Virus record (IMG/VR): IMGVR_UViG_3300013233_000109
Coordinates: 1 to 64,000 of that record
Strand: one strand, 5' to 3'
From: a virus
DNA length: 64,000 nucleotides
Shown: positions 8,533 through 19,273 of the stretch, in pieces
Layout: each line of letters begins with the position of its first letter
Numbering within the stretch: the first letter of the stretch is position 1
Position numbers and translations under genes: made by a program
The notes under the pieces: generated by a model
The model's database searches: none
What the model was told of the DNA's origin: nothing
The model's input: only the letters and a program-made list of their open reading frames with translations

Positions 8533-9724
8533 ATAATACCTTATATAATTCTCTATGCGTTGTTTCTAAGCTAACACCGCGGCGGTTATCTAGCTGATTT
8601 ATATTTTGTAGCAATTCTACCTGCGATACTTTTGCTGGCGCTTCTATGAATTTTGCTATAGAATTGAACTCTCGCTGTACTGCTTCTGTTTGATTGCTTG
8701 GCACTGTTAATCTTGCTTTTGCTACTTGCTTAGCTAGTGGTGGGAGCGATTGTATGCAGTTATGCGGGGCGTCGTGTAACATATTCCAGTGTACTAAATC
8801 AAAATCTGCAAAATGTTCCCATGATGTGATGTCATGCAGATACAATACATTGTATATATTTATAGTGACGCATAACTGTAATGCTATATTTTTTGACGTA
8901 TTGCGCAAAATCATGAACTTTTTTATGTTGCGATTTACTTCATCCCAGCTAGCATTTGTACGCTCGTATTCAAATCGTTTCCCTACGTTATCAATACTAA
9001 ATGCGATTTCAACGTGCTTAAAATGTTCCCATACTTTAATGTATTCTTCCGGCCATTGTGTGCCGTTGGTATTGTAATGTATGCTAACATGCTTGGCCCT
9101 ATTACTATCTACTAGGCGCTGTAAGTACTGAAAATGTTCTTTAATTAAGAATGGTTCGCCACCTGTGAATTCTAAGTATTCTATTTGTGGACTAAGCTGA
9201 TCTAATTCGTTCCAGAATGCGCTTGCGTTGCGTGGCCATTGCCCGTGCTGTTTCATTTCATAATGAAAGCTTTTCTTTTTATCCCCCGTGACAAATCTTA
9301 GCTCTTCTCCGGCAAAGTTACTTGAACTCCAGCTACCGCATATACGACATTTTAAATTGCATATATTTCCTAGTTTTAAATCTAAAAATGATAGCGTATT
9401 ACTTTCTGTTGACCATTCTGATTTAGCAATAATGTCGCTAAGTCTATTTTGTGTATTTTGTCGCTTGCTAGTTCTACCGCTGTCTTCTTCATCCCAGCAC
9501 TTTCTGCAAGTCTTAGGGCGATTTCCTAGTAAAAATTGACCACGTAATTCTGTCATGTAGTTACTATCTTGGATGTCGGCCAACGATGCGGTGTTTAAAT
9601 CAAATTTATCGCCGTAGTTATCTACTATCTCATCGTCAGCTAAACAGCATGGGCGCACTGTTCCTATTGGGCTCGCTTCAAGTGATAACCACGGTAGAAC
9701 GCAAAATGTTTTATTTGGTATCAT
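8513..9724 (-). CDS. Radical SAM protein with N-terminal SPASM/twitch-like domain (type A)
   Basis: CVLPW, RPCC, CRKCW; GNICNLKCRIC; TGGEPF; YNTNG; FSID. Confidence 0.9.
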   Translation of the reverse strand: MIPNKTFCVLPWLSLEASPIGTVRPCCLADDEIVDNYGDKFDLNTASLADIQDSNYMTELRGQFLLGNRPKTCRKCWDEEDSGRTSKRQNTQNRLSDIIAKSEWSTESNTLSFLDLKLGNICNLKCRICGSWSSSNFAGEELRFVTGDKKKSFHYEMKQHGQWPRNASAFWNELDQLSPQIEYLEFTGGEPFLIKEHFQYLQRLVDSNRAKHVSIHYNTNGTQWPEEYIKVWEHFKHVEIAFSIDNVGKRFEYERTNASWDEVNRNIKKFMILRNTSKNIALQLCVTINIYNVLYLHDITSWEHFADFDLVHWNMLHDAPHNCIQSLPPLAKQVAKARLTVPSNQTEAVQREFNSIAKFIEAPAKVSQVELLQNINQLDNRRGVSLETTHRELYKVLYEKAPR

Positions 9725-11352
9725 AAATCTTTTAACTCTGGTATGCCTTCAAAGAATATCTCGTTGCGTATACTATCTAACTCTTCTATGCGTTTACGAA
9801 ACTCCGGCAATAAATGTGTATTGTCTGTTGCATCTAGAAATGTTATTGCGCTCTCGAATCCTGTAGTGGCACGATTTAATCTGTCCTTGCCTGCTAGCCA
9901 TTTGATGTGATCATCAAATGATTTGCGTATTTTATCTTTGTATGCTGGCGTAGCTATGTCTATTCTATAATGTGGAGGATCTTGTAATATATTCACATTC
10001 AGATCTTGCGGCTTTAATAACCCTTTTTCTACCCAATCCTTGTGAAAGTCGGCTACGTGTAGCGCATTCATTATGCTCACTGTCGGGCTGATGTAGAAAT
10101 CTACGCATGGGCATACTTCAAGCATACGTCTTCTATTTGCTTCTACATCAGCCCATTTAGTACCTGTTCGTATATACTCTGCGTGGGTGCCCATTGCATC
10201 CAAACTCGCACCAACACTAACACTATCAAACTTTTTCCAGTAATCAAATACATCCCGATCTTTCAGTTTAACTTGAGTAAAGTTAGTGTTGTATATCAAC
10301 CGTACATGAAACATCTCGCGACGTTCTAGTTCGTCTAGAATCTTGTAATGCTCTTCCATTGTCAGTGGTTCACCACCCGCAAAGTATATCTGTTCAACAT
10401 GCTCGATGTGTTCCATTACTTGTTCAAACATGTCTGTTTTGTATTGTCCGGCATAATTTAATGCGGTGTGCTTGTCGCCCCAGGTATTATCACCATGCAG
10501 CTTACTTAACGCAATCTGATCTTTATACCACGAGCTGCTGAATATATGCCCGCAACTTCGACAGCTTAAATTACATAGATTTGAGAATCTTACGTCCCAG
10601 TATGTCATCTCAAATCTATCTAGGTGGCCGTCTGCTTTTGTTTCTGCTACACGTTTTATATGATGCCCGTGGTGCTTATTAGCTGATTTCCTACCGCTAA
10701 AGAACCCACTTGCTTCTTGCTCGTAGCATTTGCTGCACATCGGGTTATCTGTATTAGACATCATATCTACTCGTAATTGTTTCATTTTTAGCGAGTTCCA
10801 TATCGTAGCTAAGCTATTTTCTTTTGTATTACCTACGCTACCGACTTTCATATCACTGTGACAACACGGCCATGTTTCGCCAGTTGGAAAAGTATGCAGG
10901 TGATTCCACGGATATATACAGAATGTTTTACTTTGTGTTAACATAAATTCTTCGTCGCTAGTTAACTCTGATAACGCAATACCTAGTGGTAACACAGAAT
11001 TATATGTTTGTCTTAATTCACTTGCTGCTACAATTATTGTGTCAGTGGCTAGCTGTACTTCGCAATGCGATTCAAATTTATTGTTTGTTACTATTATTAT
11101 AAAACATGGCGTAATGTCAACTTCGGCTATAAGCGATGCTAGTGTACTATATAAATTAGCATCGCCTTGCACTAACAGTGATATTATTACACGCTCAGAT
11201 GGTGTGTACGTTGATCTATGTGCGTTTAATAATTGTGTGCGTAACCATTCGTACCTGGCGTATATGGGCTGCGCAAACCAATTATCAAGATTTATTGTAG
11301 CTACTATATCATATTCGCTATTTAGTGTTGCTACTATTTGTGATTTATTCAT
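9721..11352 (-). CDS. Radical SAM/SPASM-twitch protein (type A) with ~130-aa N-terminal extension
   Basis: CIYPW, WPCC, CSKCY; SNLCNLSCRSC; AGGEPL; YNTN; ASLD. Confidence 0.9.
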   Translation of the reverse strand: MNKSQIVATLNSEYDIVATINLDNWFAQPIYARYEWLRTQLLNAHRSTYTPSERVIISLLVQGDANLYSTLASLIAEVDITPCFIIIVTNNKFESHCEVQLATDTIIVAASELRQTYNSVLPLGIALSELTSDEEFMLTQSKTFCIYPWNHLHTFPTGETWPCCHSDMKVGSVGNTKENSLATIWNSLKMKQLRVDMMSNTDNPMCSKCYEQEASGFFSGRKSANKHHGHHIKRVAETKADGHLDRFEMTYWDVRFSNLCNLSCRSCGHIFSSSWYKDQIALSKLHGDNTWGDKHTALNYAGQYKTDMFEQVMEHIEHVEQIYFAGGEPLTMEEHYKILDELERREMFHVRLIYNTNFTQVKLKDRDVFDYWKKFDSVSVGASLDAMGTHAEYIRTGTKWADVEANRRRMLEVCPCVDFYISPTVSIMNALHVADFHKDWVEKGLLKPQDLNVNILQDPPHYRIDIATPAYKDKIRKSFDDHIKWLAGKDRLNRATTGFESAITFLDATDNTHLLPEFRKRIEELDSIRNEIFFEGIPELKDL

Positions 11353-11353
11353 C

Positions 11354-11602
11354 CTAACTCCATTTTAATTGAAACATTGGTAAACTTGATTCATTTGTTA
11401 ACTCTACTATCATCCCGGTGCGAACTCCTGTGTTTGTTTCTGCTAGCCATTTGTCTAACACATCTTCATTTAATGCCCAGTAGCGCCAATCGCGTAATAA
11501 TACAGCGTTGCTGCTCGCCACAAGCATAAAACGTGTTATAGACTCGTGTACCATTCTGCTAAATCGTTCTATTGATCGTCGTAGCTTGTAACTTATGTGC
11601 AA
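11354..11602 (-). CDS. Small hypothetical protein (start uncertain)
   Basis: Fills the operon gap; ends FQLKWS just before the SD of the next gene. Confidence 0.55.
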   Translation of the reverse strand: MHISYKLRRSIERFSRMVHESITRFMLVASSNAVLLRDWRYWALNEDVLDKWLAETNTGVRTGMIVELTNESSLPMFQLKWS

Positions 11603-12227
11603 TTGTTTGACAAGACCATTCCGTGTATAGTTTACGCACTAATTCAAGGTTTAACGCTAGCCCCATAATGAGATTTATTTTTTTAATTTCTGCCAGAAAT
11701 AACGTAACGTTAGCGAAACTCTCGTACGGGAAGTTGATTTCCTCTTTTATTTGGGCCATGAGCGGGTGTTTTGATAATCGCTCAATTGCACGCTTCTCTT
11801 TATTTATATCTAGCGAGTATCCTTTAACACGTTGATTATCAAGTAACTTCTGCTCGTCACTTCGACTCACCGAAATGTTAATTATATATTTCCAAAATAT
11901 ACTTCCGTACAGTACGTCGATGTCATTATCTAAGTCAGTTGGATGTTGAGGCATGATTAGGCCTAGATTGGAGCTTTCGTACATATGAAATGGTATATGC
12001 CCGTAGTGACCGGATATTATTGTAATTTCGTTACTGTGCCATTTGCCGTTACTAGTGTGGAATGATAACGAATGATTAATAAACCGTTGGGATTCATTTA
12101 CTTTATTTCGGTAATCAGTTTGTGTATTGCATGCATCACCGATAACTGTTTTTTCACTTAGTGTTAATGCCTTATATAACAAGTTTCCTGAACTACCAGG
12201 TAAATATCGAATCAATGCTAATAACAC
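11559..12227 (-). CDS. Hypothetical protein with sulfotransferase/P-loop-like N-terminus
   Basis: AGGAG SD plus GTG start; YLPGSSGNLL motif resembles YPPGAYGHYI in 49896-50771. Confidence 0.55.
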   Translation of the reverse strand: MLLALIRYLPGSSGNLLYKALTLSEKTVIGDACNTQTDYRNKVNESQRFINHSLSFHTSNGKWHSNEITIISGHYGHIPFHMYESSNLGLIMPQHPTDLDNDIDVLYGSIFWKYIINISVSRSDEQKLLDNQRVKGYSLDINKEKRAIERLSKHPLMAQIKEEINFPYESFANVTLFLAEIKKINLIMGLALNLELVRKLYTEWSCQTIAHKLQATTINRTI

Positions 12228-12249
12228 TATTGCAACTCCTGCGATTCTT

Positions 12250-13605
12250 TCATAAGTTCGTGTACCATTCTGCTAAATCCGGGAAGGTTTCTTTGAAGTT
12301 TTTGCCTCTGCGTTTATCGTATTGTTCGAAGAATTTTTTAAAGTCATTGTGCAATGATGGCATATCAAATGTTCCATCGTGCGGTGTCTTTACTACATCT
12401 AAATAATCTATTAATCGCTGTAATTGATTTAATTCCATTTGGTGTAGCAGTTTATTATCTTTGTTAGTATCTAACCACTTTTGCAGGTCTTCTTTGTACT
12501 TAGTTCTTATATTGTCGGGCAGGATTAATGCGCTCTGGAATGATGGAAAACGTAATATGTTCAACGAGAACGTTGGATAATCTTTGCCATGCGTTTTCTT
12601 TATGCGTAATACATAATTTAAGAAATCTGGTAGTGTGTCTAAACATAACGCATTCACCGTGCACATCATGTGAAATCCTTGTACGCTGCCTTTTGTTAAT
12701 ATTTTATCTACGTTTCCTGCCCACCGATCCCATACTAAACCATCTCGGATATATTCTGCTTGCTCGAACATGCTCTCATTGCTAGTGTATAACTGGAAGT
12801 TTTTTATTCCGTGACTAGCATCTATTAGCTTATCTATTAACGCATCTTTGGCACCTAGATTGGTATTTATAGCAAACTGCATATCTGTTTTCTTCTTTGT
12901 AAACCATTCTAATAATCTAAACGTGTGCTTTGACATGAGTGGCTCACCACCTGTTAAACGTAGTTCTTGTAATGATTCGTGGAGGTCAGATTCCCACCAT
13001 TTAAAGAATGCTTCTACGTACGGATTTGTTTCATCTTTAGCGAATGGTTCTGCGCTGTCGTGCGTGTGTGTAAAGTGATTACGACCGTCACTTACTAAGT
13101 CCACAAACGGTCCGTTGACTTTTAAATCTTTGACCCATTCTGTACTAAATGCAGGATTACAATAGCTGCAACTAAAATTACATGTGCGGTCAAAAGCAAT
13201 TTCCAAAGTCTTAAGATTAACGTCGGTTGATTCTGCTTCCATTTTTGAAACGTATTCTACGTCTTTGTCATCATAAATTACACTCTTATATACTCTGTCA
13301 GATATATTATCGCGGCCGATGTCTTCGACTTTCCAGCAGTACTGACATCCTGCTGGGCGTTCGTTGTTTTGCATCTGCTTGCGTTCTGCTTTCTTTTGCT
13401 GTGTGTTGTGTATTGCTGCTGGATTATCTTTAATTTCATTAATATTTATTTGATGTGGTAGTGGATGATGGCAGCTGGTTGTTTGTCCACTTCCTAGCCA
13501 TATAGTGGCATTATACCATTTAGCTAAGCAAAGAGAAGTACTGTATGAATTAAGATAATCTCTTATTTCTAGATCGGTTTTTCTTGTTTCTTTTCTTAAA
13601 CTCAT
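12250..13605 (-). CDS. Radical SAM/SPASM-twitch protein (type B)
   Basis: CLAKW, SCHHP, GCQYCW; RTCNFSCSYC; TGGEPL; INTN. Confidence 0.9.
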   Translation of the reverse strand: MSLRKETRKTDLEIRDYLNSYSTSLCLAKWYNATIWLGSGQTTSCHHPLPHQININEIKDNPAAIHNTQQKKAERKQMQNNERPAGCQYCWKVEDIGRDNISDRVYKSVIYDDKDVEYVSKMEAESTDVNLKTLEIAFDRTCNFSCSYCNPAFSTEWVKDLKVNGPFVDLVSDGRNHFTHTHDSAEPFAKDETNPYVEAFFKWWESDLHESLQELRLTGGEPLMSKHTFRLLEWFTKKKTDMQFAINTNLGAKDALIDKLIDASHGIKNFQLYTSNESMFEQAEYIRDGLVWDRWAGNVDKILTKGSVQGFHMMCTVNALCLDTLPDFLNYVLRIKKTHGKDYPTFSLNILRFPSFQSALILPDNIRTKYKEDLQKWLDTNKDNKLLHQMELNQLQRLIDYLDVVKTPHDGTFDMPSLHNDFKKFFEQYDKRRGKNFKETFPDLAEWYTNL

Positions 13606-14750
13606 TTACTGTGCCCCGGGATATTGTCCTCAATTAAGAATTTTAGTTCATCTGGTACAGCTAACTTATTCCGTAAACTGAATTGCTTAAAGAATGATTG
13701 CTGATCTGTTCTAAGATCGTTATTGTACACTGTATTAGTTAACAGATTTATTATAATTTGCAGTAATTCCGATTCATCACTGCTCTTGTGTTTAACGCAA
13801 TCTAGTATCGATTGCGCTTTTATTTTTTCAGAGGGGGTTAAAATCTCAAAACTGTTAACACGCGGTGTTTTGCAATTCTCTAAGCTCCACAAAATTCTTC
13901 CGGGATATTGTTCCTTTATTTTATATATATATTTATGTAACTCGTTAAGACCCCATACTGTGTGTGCTGTTATCAATGACAGGAACCTTATTTGGACTGT
14001 TGTATTATCTAATAGCCAGTGTAAATTACTATTGAATAAATTAAAATCAAATCCTGCACGAATGTACGATGTAATTCCTGGGCTAGCATCTATACTTGGC
14101 TGAATTTCAATAATTGCGTCTTTTGATAACAGTGTGTTTATAATCTCTTTGCTTTTAAAGTTAAGATTAGTGGCTACCCGGACGGTAAGACCATCTATGT
14201 CAATTTGATCTATCAACTCGCTAAACAACGGAGTAATAAATGGTTCGCCACCTAATATAGTTAGCATACTAGCTGGTTTATTGCTATTATAATAAGATAC
14301 TAACTTATTAAGGAGCGAACCGGTGTTGCTATGTATAAAATTTAGTTGGTGTGCGTCAAATTTTATGTCGTACGGACCATTTGTTTTAAGGTCTCCTTCC
14401 CACTGCGAACTAAAAGCAGAATTACAGTAAGCACAAGTAAAATTACACAGGTTTCCTATGTTGAGTTGCAAACGATCAATTGCTAAACTCCCGGCCCACT
14501 CTCTGAGTTTAATATGCCGCATTGATTCTTTTCCATTCTCTTCAGTCTTCCAGCAATAATTGCATGACGCGTCCTTAATTCCTGCTAGCAAATTGCTACG
14601 CTGATGTGCTAACGTGTTAGCTACATCTTCGCCCTGCACAGGGATTGCTAGTGCTCGGCAACACCCGTACAAGTAATTTGACCGCGGGTTGTATACCACT
14701 TCTTGCCACTTTGCTGGGCAAAATGAATGCTTGTTTTTATCTGTGAGCAT
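13602..14750 (-). CDS. Radical SAM/SPASM-twitch protein (type B, divergent; start revised to ATG 14750)
   Basis: CPAKW, GCC, SCNYCW; NLCNFTCAYC; LGGEPF; the ATG is preceded by TGTAAATA. Confidence 0.88.
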   Translation of the reverse strand: MLTDKNKHSFCPAKWQEVVYNPRSNYLYGCCRALAIPVQGEDVANTLAHQRSNLLAGIKDASCNYCWKTEENGKESMRHIKLREWAGSLAIDRLQLNIGNLCNFTCAYCNSAFSSQWEGDLKTNGPYDIKFDAHQLNFIHSNTGSLLNKLVSYYNSNKPASMLTILGGEPFITPLFSELIDQIDIDGLTVRVATNLNFKSKEIINTLLSKDAIIEIQPSIDASPGITSYIRAGFDFNLFNSNLHWLLDNTTVQIRFLSLITAHTVWGLNELHKYIYKIKEQYPGRILWSLENCKTPRVNSFEILTPSEKIKAQSILDCVKHKSSDESELLQIIINLLTNTVYNNDLRTDQQSFFKQFSLRNKLAVPDELKFLIEDNIPGHSK

Positions 14751-16107
14751 AGTATTTACATTCTTCCCAAAATGTTTGTAACTCCGGAAAATAATCCAGG
14801 AAATTTTCATTGTGTCTATTATCTGCTTCTTTGAAGAAATTATAGAAATTTGCTTTCTTTTGTTCTACATTATCTGTGCTATTACGCATCCACGCAATGT
14901 CTCTGTCTAAGCGGGCTATTTCGTAATCTTTGAATCCATGATAGCGATTAGCACTTGTTTCTATGTTATCTTCCATGAACATTTTAATTTTTTCTAACTC
15001 AGCAGTGTATTGCTCAGGTAATATTTGCATACTTTGCCACTCAGGTGTACGCAATACTGGCGTGTCAAACCACACACGCTGATAATCTTTGCTATGTGTT
15101 TTGCGTAATAATAAAATACCTTCTATTAATTTGTTGAGATTTTGGATAGATAGATTATTCATTGTTATTATAAATGTAATACTACTGTAATTTGGCACTT
15201 CTGTCAAGTACTGATTTACTCTTTCCCATAATAAATCAAAATCTAGTCCGTGGCGTATATATTCTGCTTGCTTGCCCCAGGTGTCTACAGAGACGTATTG
15301 CATAAAATGTTCTATCTTCCCTGTAGTTAATTGCTTAACATATCCTAGGTACTTATCCCATAACTTTTGCTCCACTGATAAATTACTTGTTACGTTTAAG
15401 TGTAGATCGCTCTTTGGATTTGCTAATACATAATCAAATACTTTATATGTGTTTTTATCCATTAATGGCTCACCGCCTGTCATTCTAAAATGTATTAAAT
15501 CTTTATATAGTTCCGGCCACCATTCCCAGAACGCATTAACATACGGGTTATCTTCGCTATGTGGAATTACTCTGCGTTTGCCTGTGAAATATTGCGGATC
15601 GTTGTGCGGGGGTTGTGTCGGGTAGGCTCCGTGCTGCTTAACTTCTCCCATCCACTTAGAGGAAAACTGCGGGGAGCAATATGAACAGGCTAAATTACAC
15701 GCATTATTAAAATTAACCTCAACATACGACGGCGTTGTGTTGGCTAGCGGATTAGCTACTATGGTATCAAAATCTTTTGCTGCCCATGGCTCGCCTGATC
15801 TATAATGTCTGTCACTTAGCTTGTTATTATCTTCCATATCCCAGCAATAGCTACATTCTGCAGGGCGTTCGCCATTGATCATTTGCTTGCGTGCTACTGC
15901 TTTTTCTTTAGTGTTATGCAGGGCGCTCGGATCTAATTTTATATCATCTATGCTAATTTGATGTAAAGGGGGGTGATAGCAACTATTATTAAGTCCGGTG
16001 GGCAGATGTAAGCTTAGTTGTTTCCACTTAGCTAAGCACATGCTAGGGCTCACGGTTGCTAGCTTTTCCTTGGCTTTTTCTGCGTCGCTTAGAAACTTAC
16101 TTACCAT
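14737..16107 (-). CDS. Radical SAM/SPASM-twitch protein (type B)
   Basis: CLAKW, SCYHP, ECSYCW; NACNLACSYC; TGGEPL; VTSN; VSVD. Confidence 0.9.
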   Translation of the reverse strand: MVSKFLSDAEKAKEKLATVSPSMCLAKWKQLSLHLPTGLNNSCYHPPLHQISIDDIKLDPSALHNTKEKAVARKQMINGERPAECSYCWDMEDNNKLSDRHYRSGEPWAAKDFDTIVANPLANTTPSYVEVNFNNACNLACSYCSPQFSSKWMGEVKQHGAYPTQPPHNDPQYFTGKRRVIPHSEDNPYVNAFWEWWPELYKDLIHFRMTGGEPLMDKNTYKVFDYVLANPKSDLHLNVTSNLSVEQKLWDKYLGYVKQLTTGKIEHFMQYVSVDTWGKQAEYIRHGLDFDLLWERVNQYLTEVPNYSSITFIITMNNLSIQNLNKLIEGILLLRKTHSKDYQRVWFDTPVLRTPEWQSMQILPEQYTAELEKIKMFMEDNIETSANRYHGFKDYEIARLDRDIAWMRNSTDNVEQKKANFYNFFKEADNRHNENFLDYFPELQTFWEECKYYAHR

Positions 16108-17024
16108 CCTTCTTGGTTCCGTATCACGTCGATTTCGCGCACGGTTGCTCCTTTATTATGCCAGTTAGATTGATAGTGATGCTTAAAGAAAGCACTAGCA
16201 CTAGCGTCAGGCGTTATGATGGGAAGATCTAGCTGTGTTTTTAATTCCCTGCCGATTTCTAGTAACATTGTTGGTAAATCAGTTACTTGCGATTTGTAAA
16301 TCTCTGCTAGCTTCGCAAAATCTTGTACATCTTTATAATCCCAATCACTTAACATAGTCATTTGTGTTCCCATACGTGCGCCAAGTTGCGCGTACAAGCC
16401 GTATTCAACATCGCTGCCTACATTGTGCCATATGCTTAAATGATCCATATTACGTTTATGCACACTATCTTTAAAATCAATCAATGATGGTTTTGTTCCT
16501 CTATTTAAACACATTTTTACGCCTTCACGGAAACCTGCGCGCCATGCGTGAAACTTGCTGCCGTTTGGGTATGTTGTGCTATAACAATCATGCATTGCCC
16601 AGTACAGGGGGTCAAAACAAAACTCTACATCAGTATCATCGCTGCCATCGGATGCTTCATGTGTTTTCATATTATATATAAAGTCTTTAGTCCAGCAACT
16701 AATTCCGCCATTACCATACATTAATCCGTTAATGTGGTTTCTTGCACGCCAACGATACACTGCTTTATTGTACTGGTCGTCTTTGATATCTAATACTAAA
16801 TTAAAAAAGTACGGGTCGGGAAGATTGTCGCCATCGATTAAAATAAATCTGTCGGTTGTACTAGCGTCAGCTGCGGCTTTATGTGCGGCATCGCTACCCT
16901 TGACTCCGTCTACTCTTGTGGCCCATGGAATCATGTTTTTTATTTTTACCCAGTATTCTTCCTTCTGTGGCTCGTCATAACTTAAATAGATACAATCCAT
17001 GTCTGCGATATCAATCTGTCTCAT
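16101..17024 (-). CDS. Glycosyltransferase GT-A-like protein
   Basis: DCIYLSYDEP, RVDGVKGSDAAHKAAA, FILIDGDN (DxD), YGNGG, AWRAGFREGVK. Confidence 0.65.
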   Translation of the reverse strand: MRQIDIADMDCIYLSYDEPQKEEYWVKIKNMIPWATRVDGVKGSDAAHKAAADASTTDRFILIDGDNLPDPYFFNLVLDIKDDQYNKAVYRWRARNHINGLMYGNGGISCWTKDFIYNMKTHEASDGSDDTDVEFCFDPLYWAMHDCYSTTYPNGSKFHAWRAGFREGVKMCLNRGTKPSLIDFKDSVHKRNMDHLSIWHNVGSDVEYGLYAQLGARMGTQMTMLSDWDYKDVQDFAKLAEIYKSQVTDLPTMLLEIGRELKTQLDLPIITPDASASAFFKHHYQSNWHNKGATVREIDVIRNQEGW

Positions 17025-17364
17025 ACGTTTTTGTTTCCCATTGTGTTGTCGAATTATTATCTATTAGTGTAATGTCAGTATCGTTAGTACTAACGCCATT
17101 TGTGCTCGGTACTAATTTACCTATCGAAATTAAATTTTTCTTGTGAATTTCACCATCTTTAATAAAGATATTTTTGTCGCCTATAGCAAATTGCTCAGGT
17201 GTTATTGTTATATAATCACCTTCTAATTCCTGCATAGAATATGTTACTGTTGATGCTGTATAATATAATCTAAAAAATATACTCTGCTTAACAGGGGTAT
17301 TAATTAATTTTTCTGCTTCTCTGAAGAATTTATCATCTAATGTTGTGTTTGTTATATTGTGCAT
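17011..17364 (-). CDS. Hypothetical protein
   Basis: 117-aa ORF overlapping neighbours in the operon. Confidence 0.7.
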   Translation of the reverse strand: MHNITNTTLDDKFFREAEKLINTPVKQSIFFRLYYTASTVTYSMQELEGDYITITPEQFAIGDKNIFIKDGEIHKKNLISIGKLVPSTNGVSTNDTDITLIDNNSTTQWETKTYETD

Positions 17365-18148
17365 TAATTACCTCGCTAAATTGTTTTATATTATAATGAA
17401 ATGGATACTGCTGATCTATTGTGTTAATTCTTATATTCGATCCACTAAATTCATAAATCATTTCTTTGGTCCAGTCTTCGGATTGCAGCCAATTTATTCG
17501 CCCTTTCATATGTATCAATGTTGGATAGCTAGTACTTGGTAATGTTACAGTATCTACTCCAATCGCTAGTGCTGCTAACGCATAAACTAAATCTGTAGTT
17601 CCGTGATCTGTTTTGCCTAGCTTTATTTTTGTCTGTACTTCTTCCCAATTCTCAAATAATTCACGTACTGTTGCGAAGAATTTTGCTGCGGTTTTGCTAA
17701 ATCTCCAGTACGTTATAGCATTGTATACGTCCGGTAATTTGTTGGCGTCAAATATTTTTCTATAATGGCGCTCGGTTGTTAGCTCATTTTTGTAATTACG
17801 TGCGCCTATTGTTAATACTACATCGCGTTTCCGTAACATTGTCCACCAGTGATCTATACTATGCGGAATTATCATATCTGCTTCGATTTTTATTGTCTCG
17901 CGAAATGGACTTGCTGCGAATACTTGCCAGTCATTTGCGTACGGATTTTCAGTGTTAACTGGATAGGGGAATTTTATTATGTAATCAAAAATAGTATTAT
18001 CTATGGTATCATTTGTTAGTATTGCTATTTTTGCAGCAGGGGTGTGAATCTTTATACTTCTTGCACACGCTATCGCACAATTAACGTAATCTACATCCGC
18101 TGTATTACTTGCTACTATTAAATATCCTTGCTCAGCTAATATCGGCAT
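17333..18148 (-). CDS. Glycosyltransferase GT-A-like protein
   Basis: GYLIVA..YVNCAIACARSIK, SPFRETIKIEADM (ExD), YNAITYW, DLVYALA, FHY; paralogue of 18132-18956. Confidence 0.7.
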   Translation of the reverse strand: MPILAEQGYLIVASNTADVDYVNCAIACARSIKIHTPAAKIAILTNDTIDNTIFDYIIKFPYPVNTENPYANDWQVFAASPFRETIKIEADMIIPHSIDHWWTMLRKRDVVLTIGARNYKNELTTERHYRKIFDANKLPDVYNAITYWRFSKTAAKFFATVRELFENWEEVQTKIKLGKTDHGTTDLVYALAALAIGVDTVTLPSTSYPTLIHMKGRINWLQSEDWTKEMIYEFSGSNIRINTIDQQYPFHYNIKQFSEVINAQYNKHNIR

Positions 18149-18956
18149 TTATCATATCCTCCATTGCGAATTTATTTAAACAGTGAAAATCTGTTGTTAC
18201 TATCGATCGCATTAGTCGCATTTTGTTCCTGGACCATTTTTCATATGTTATCTCAAATTCAGTGTCAGATAGCTGTGTGGCGTATATGTCGTTTAATGCT
18301 GTAGGCAAATGCCAGGGGATGGTTGGTATTGCATCTAGTCTGTGACCGTGCATTATTGATTGCGCTATACTTACTGCATAATCATTCCTGTACGGTAGTG
18401 AATTAAATTTATATATATTACTGTAGAATTTATAATTATCTTTTATCATTGTTATTGTATCGAACATTTCTTTTGCGAAGTCACTTTTGCGGAAATATAA
18501 TATAGTTGCCCAGTAATGTGGCATTTTTGTTTGGCCAAATGTTTGATACGCCGATAAACTATTTTTACTGGCTACATCGTATACATTCCTGTGACAGAGA
18601 AAATCATGTGGATTATTAAATAATTTGTTTAGCTGATCTGAATTAACAATGTAATCACTGTCGATTACTACTGTTTCGTCATATGGGCTAATGTCGTATG
18701 CTTGGTATCGGTTTACATTGTACCAGTGATCTATTTTATCTTTAGTGTGTATATCGAAATTACGCTTAGATTTTGTCTCTGCTTCGGCTATTACTATATT
18801 ATGTTTAATATTTTTATCAGCTAGTGAGTTTGTATCTGTTACTATTGTTGTCGGCTTATCTAAGAAGCGCGAAATGCGATCTGCTACCCACACTGCTTGC
18901 GATAAATAATCTAATGTTTTATTATTAAATGCGAATATTAAAAAGCCTTGGCTCAT
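18132..18956 (-). CDS. Glycosyltransferase GT-A-like protein (start revised to ATG 18956)
   Basis: GFLIFAFN..YLSQA, SPYDETVVIDSDY (DxD), YWATILYF, YRNDYAVSIA, FHCLNK; ATGA overlap with upstream gene. Confidence 0.72.
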   Translation of the reverse strand: MSQGFLIFAFNNKTLDYLSQAVWVADRISRFLDKPTTIVTDTNSLADKNIKHNIVIAEAETKSKRNFDIHTKDKIDHWYNVNRYQAYDISPYDETVVIDSDYIVNSDQLNKLFNNPHDFLCHRNVYDVASKNSLSAYQTFGQTKMPHYWATILYFRKSDFAKEMFDTITMIKDNYKFYSNIYKFNSLPYRNDYAVSIAQSIMHGHRLDAIPTIPWHLPTALNDIYATQLSDTEFEITYEKWSRNKMRLMRSIVTTDFHCLNKFAMEDMINADIS

Positions 18957-19249
18957 CGTTGCTTCTGTAATGTTTCGTATTCTGCGTGCCATGCGTTCAA
19001 TTGTTCTTGATACCGCATTGCTGCTTCGGTGTGTAATTCGCTTGGTTTAACTTTACATGGATTTCCGTACTCGTCGAGTAATACAATTTCTCTTGCTGTT
19101 CCGTACACTAGCGTTAATGCTAATATTTCAGGGCCGGCTTTCCACATGCCCTCAAATGCTGTAAATAGCATTTTTGCTTCGTATTTTTCCGTAAGTGTTT
19201 GCTTTGCTGCTTCGTGGTCGAATCGTGCTTTTATTGTGTCTGCTATCAT
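18953..19249 (-). CDS. Hypothetical protein, first gene of the modification operon (start revised to ATG 19249)
   Basis: MIADTIKARF...; the longer TTG start in the track lies inside the promoter spacer. Confidence 0.7.
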   Translation of the reverse strand: MIADTIKARFDHEAAKQTLTEKYEAKMLFTAFEGMWKAGPEILALTLVYGTAREIVLLDEYGNPCKVKPSELHTEAAMRYQEQLNAWHAEYETLQKQR

Positions 19250-19273
19250 ATTAGTATTTACACCTCTTTTACT

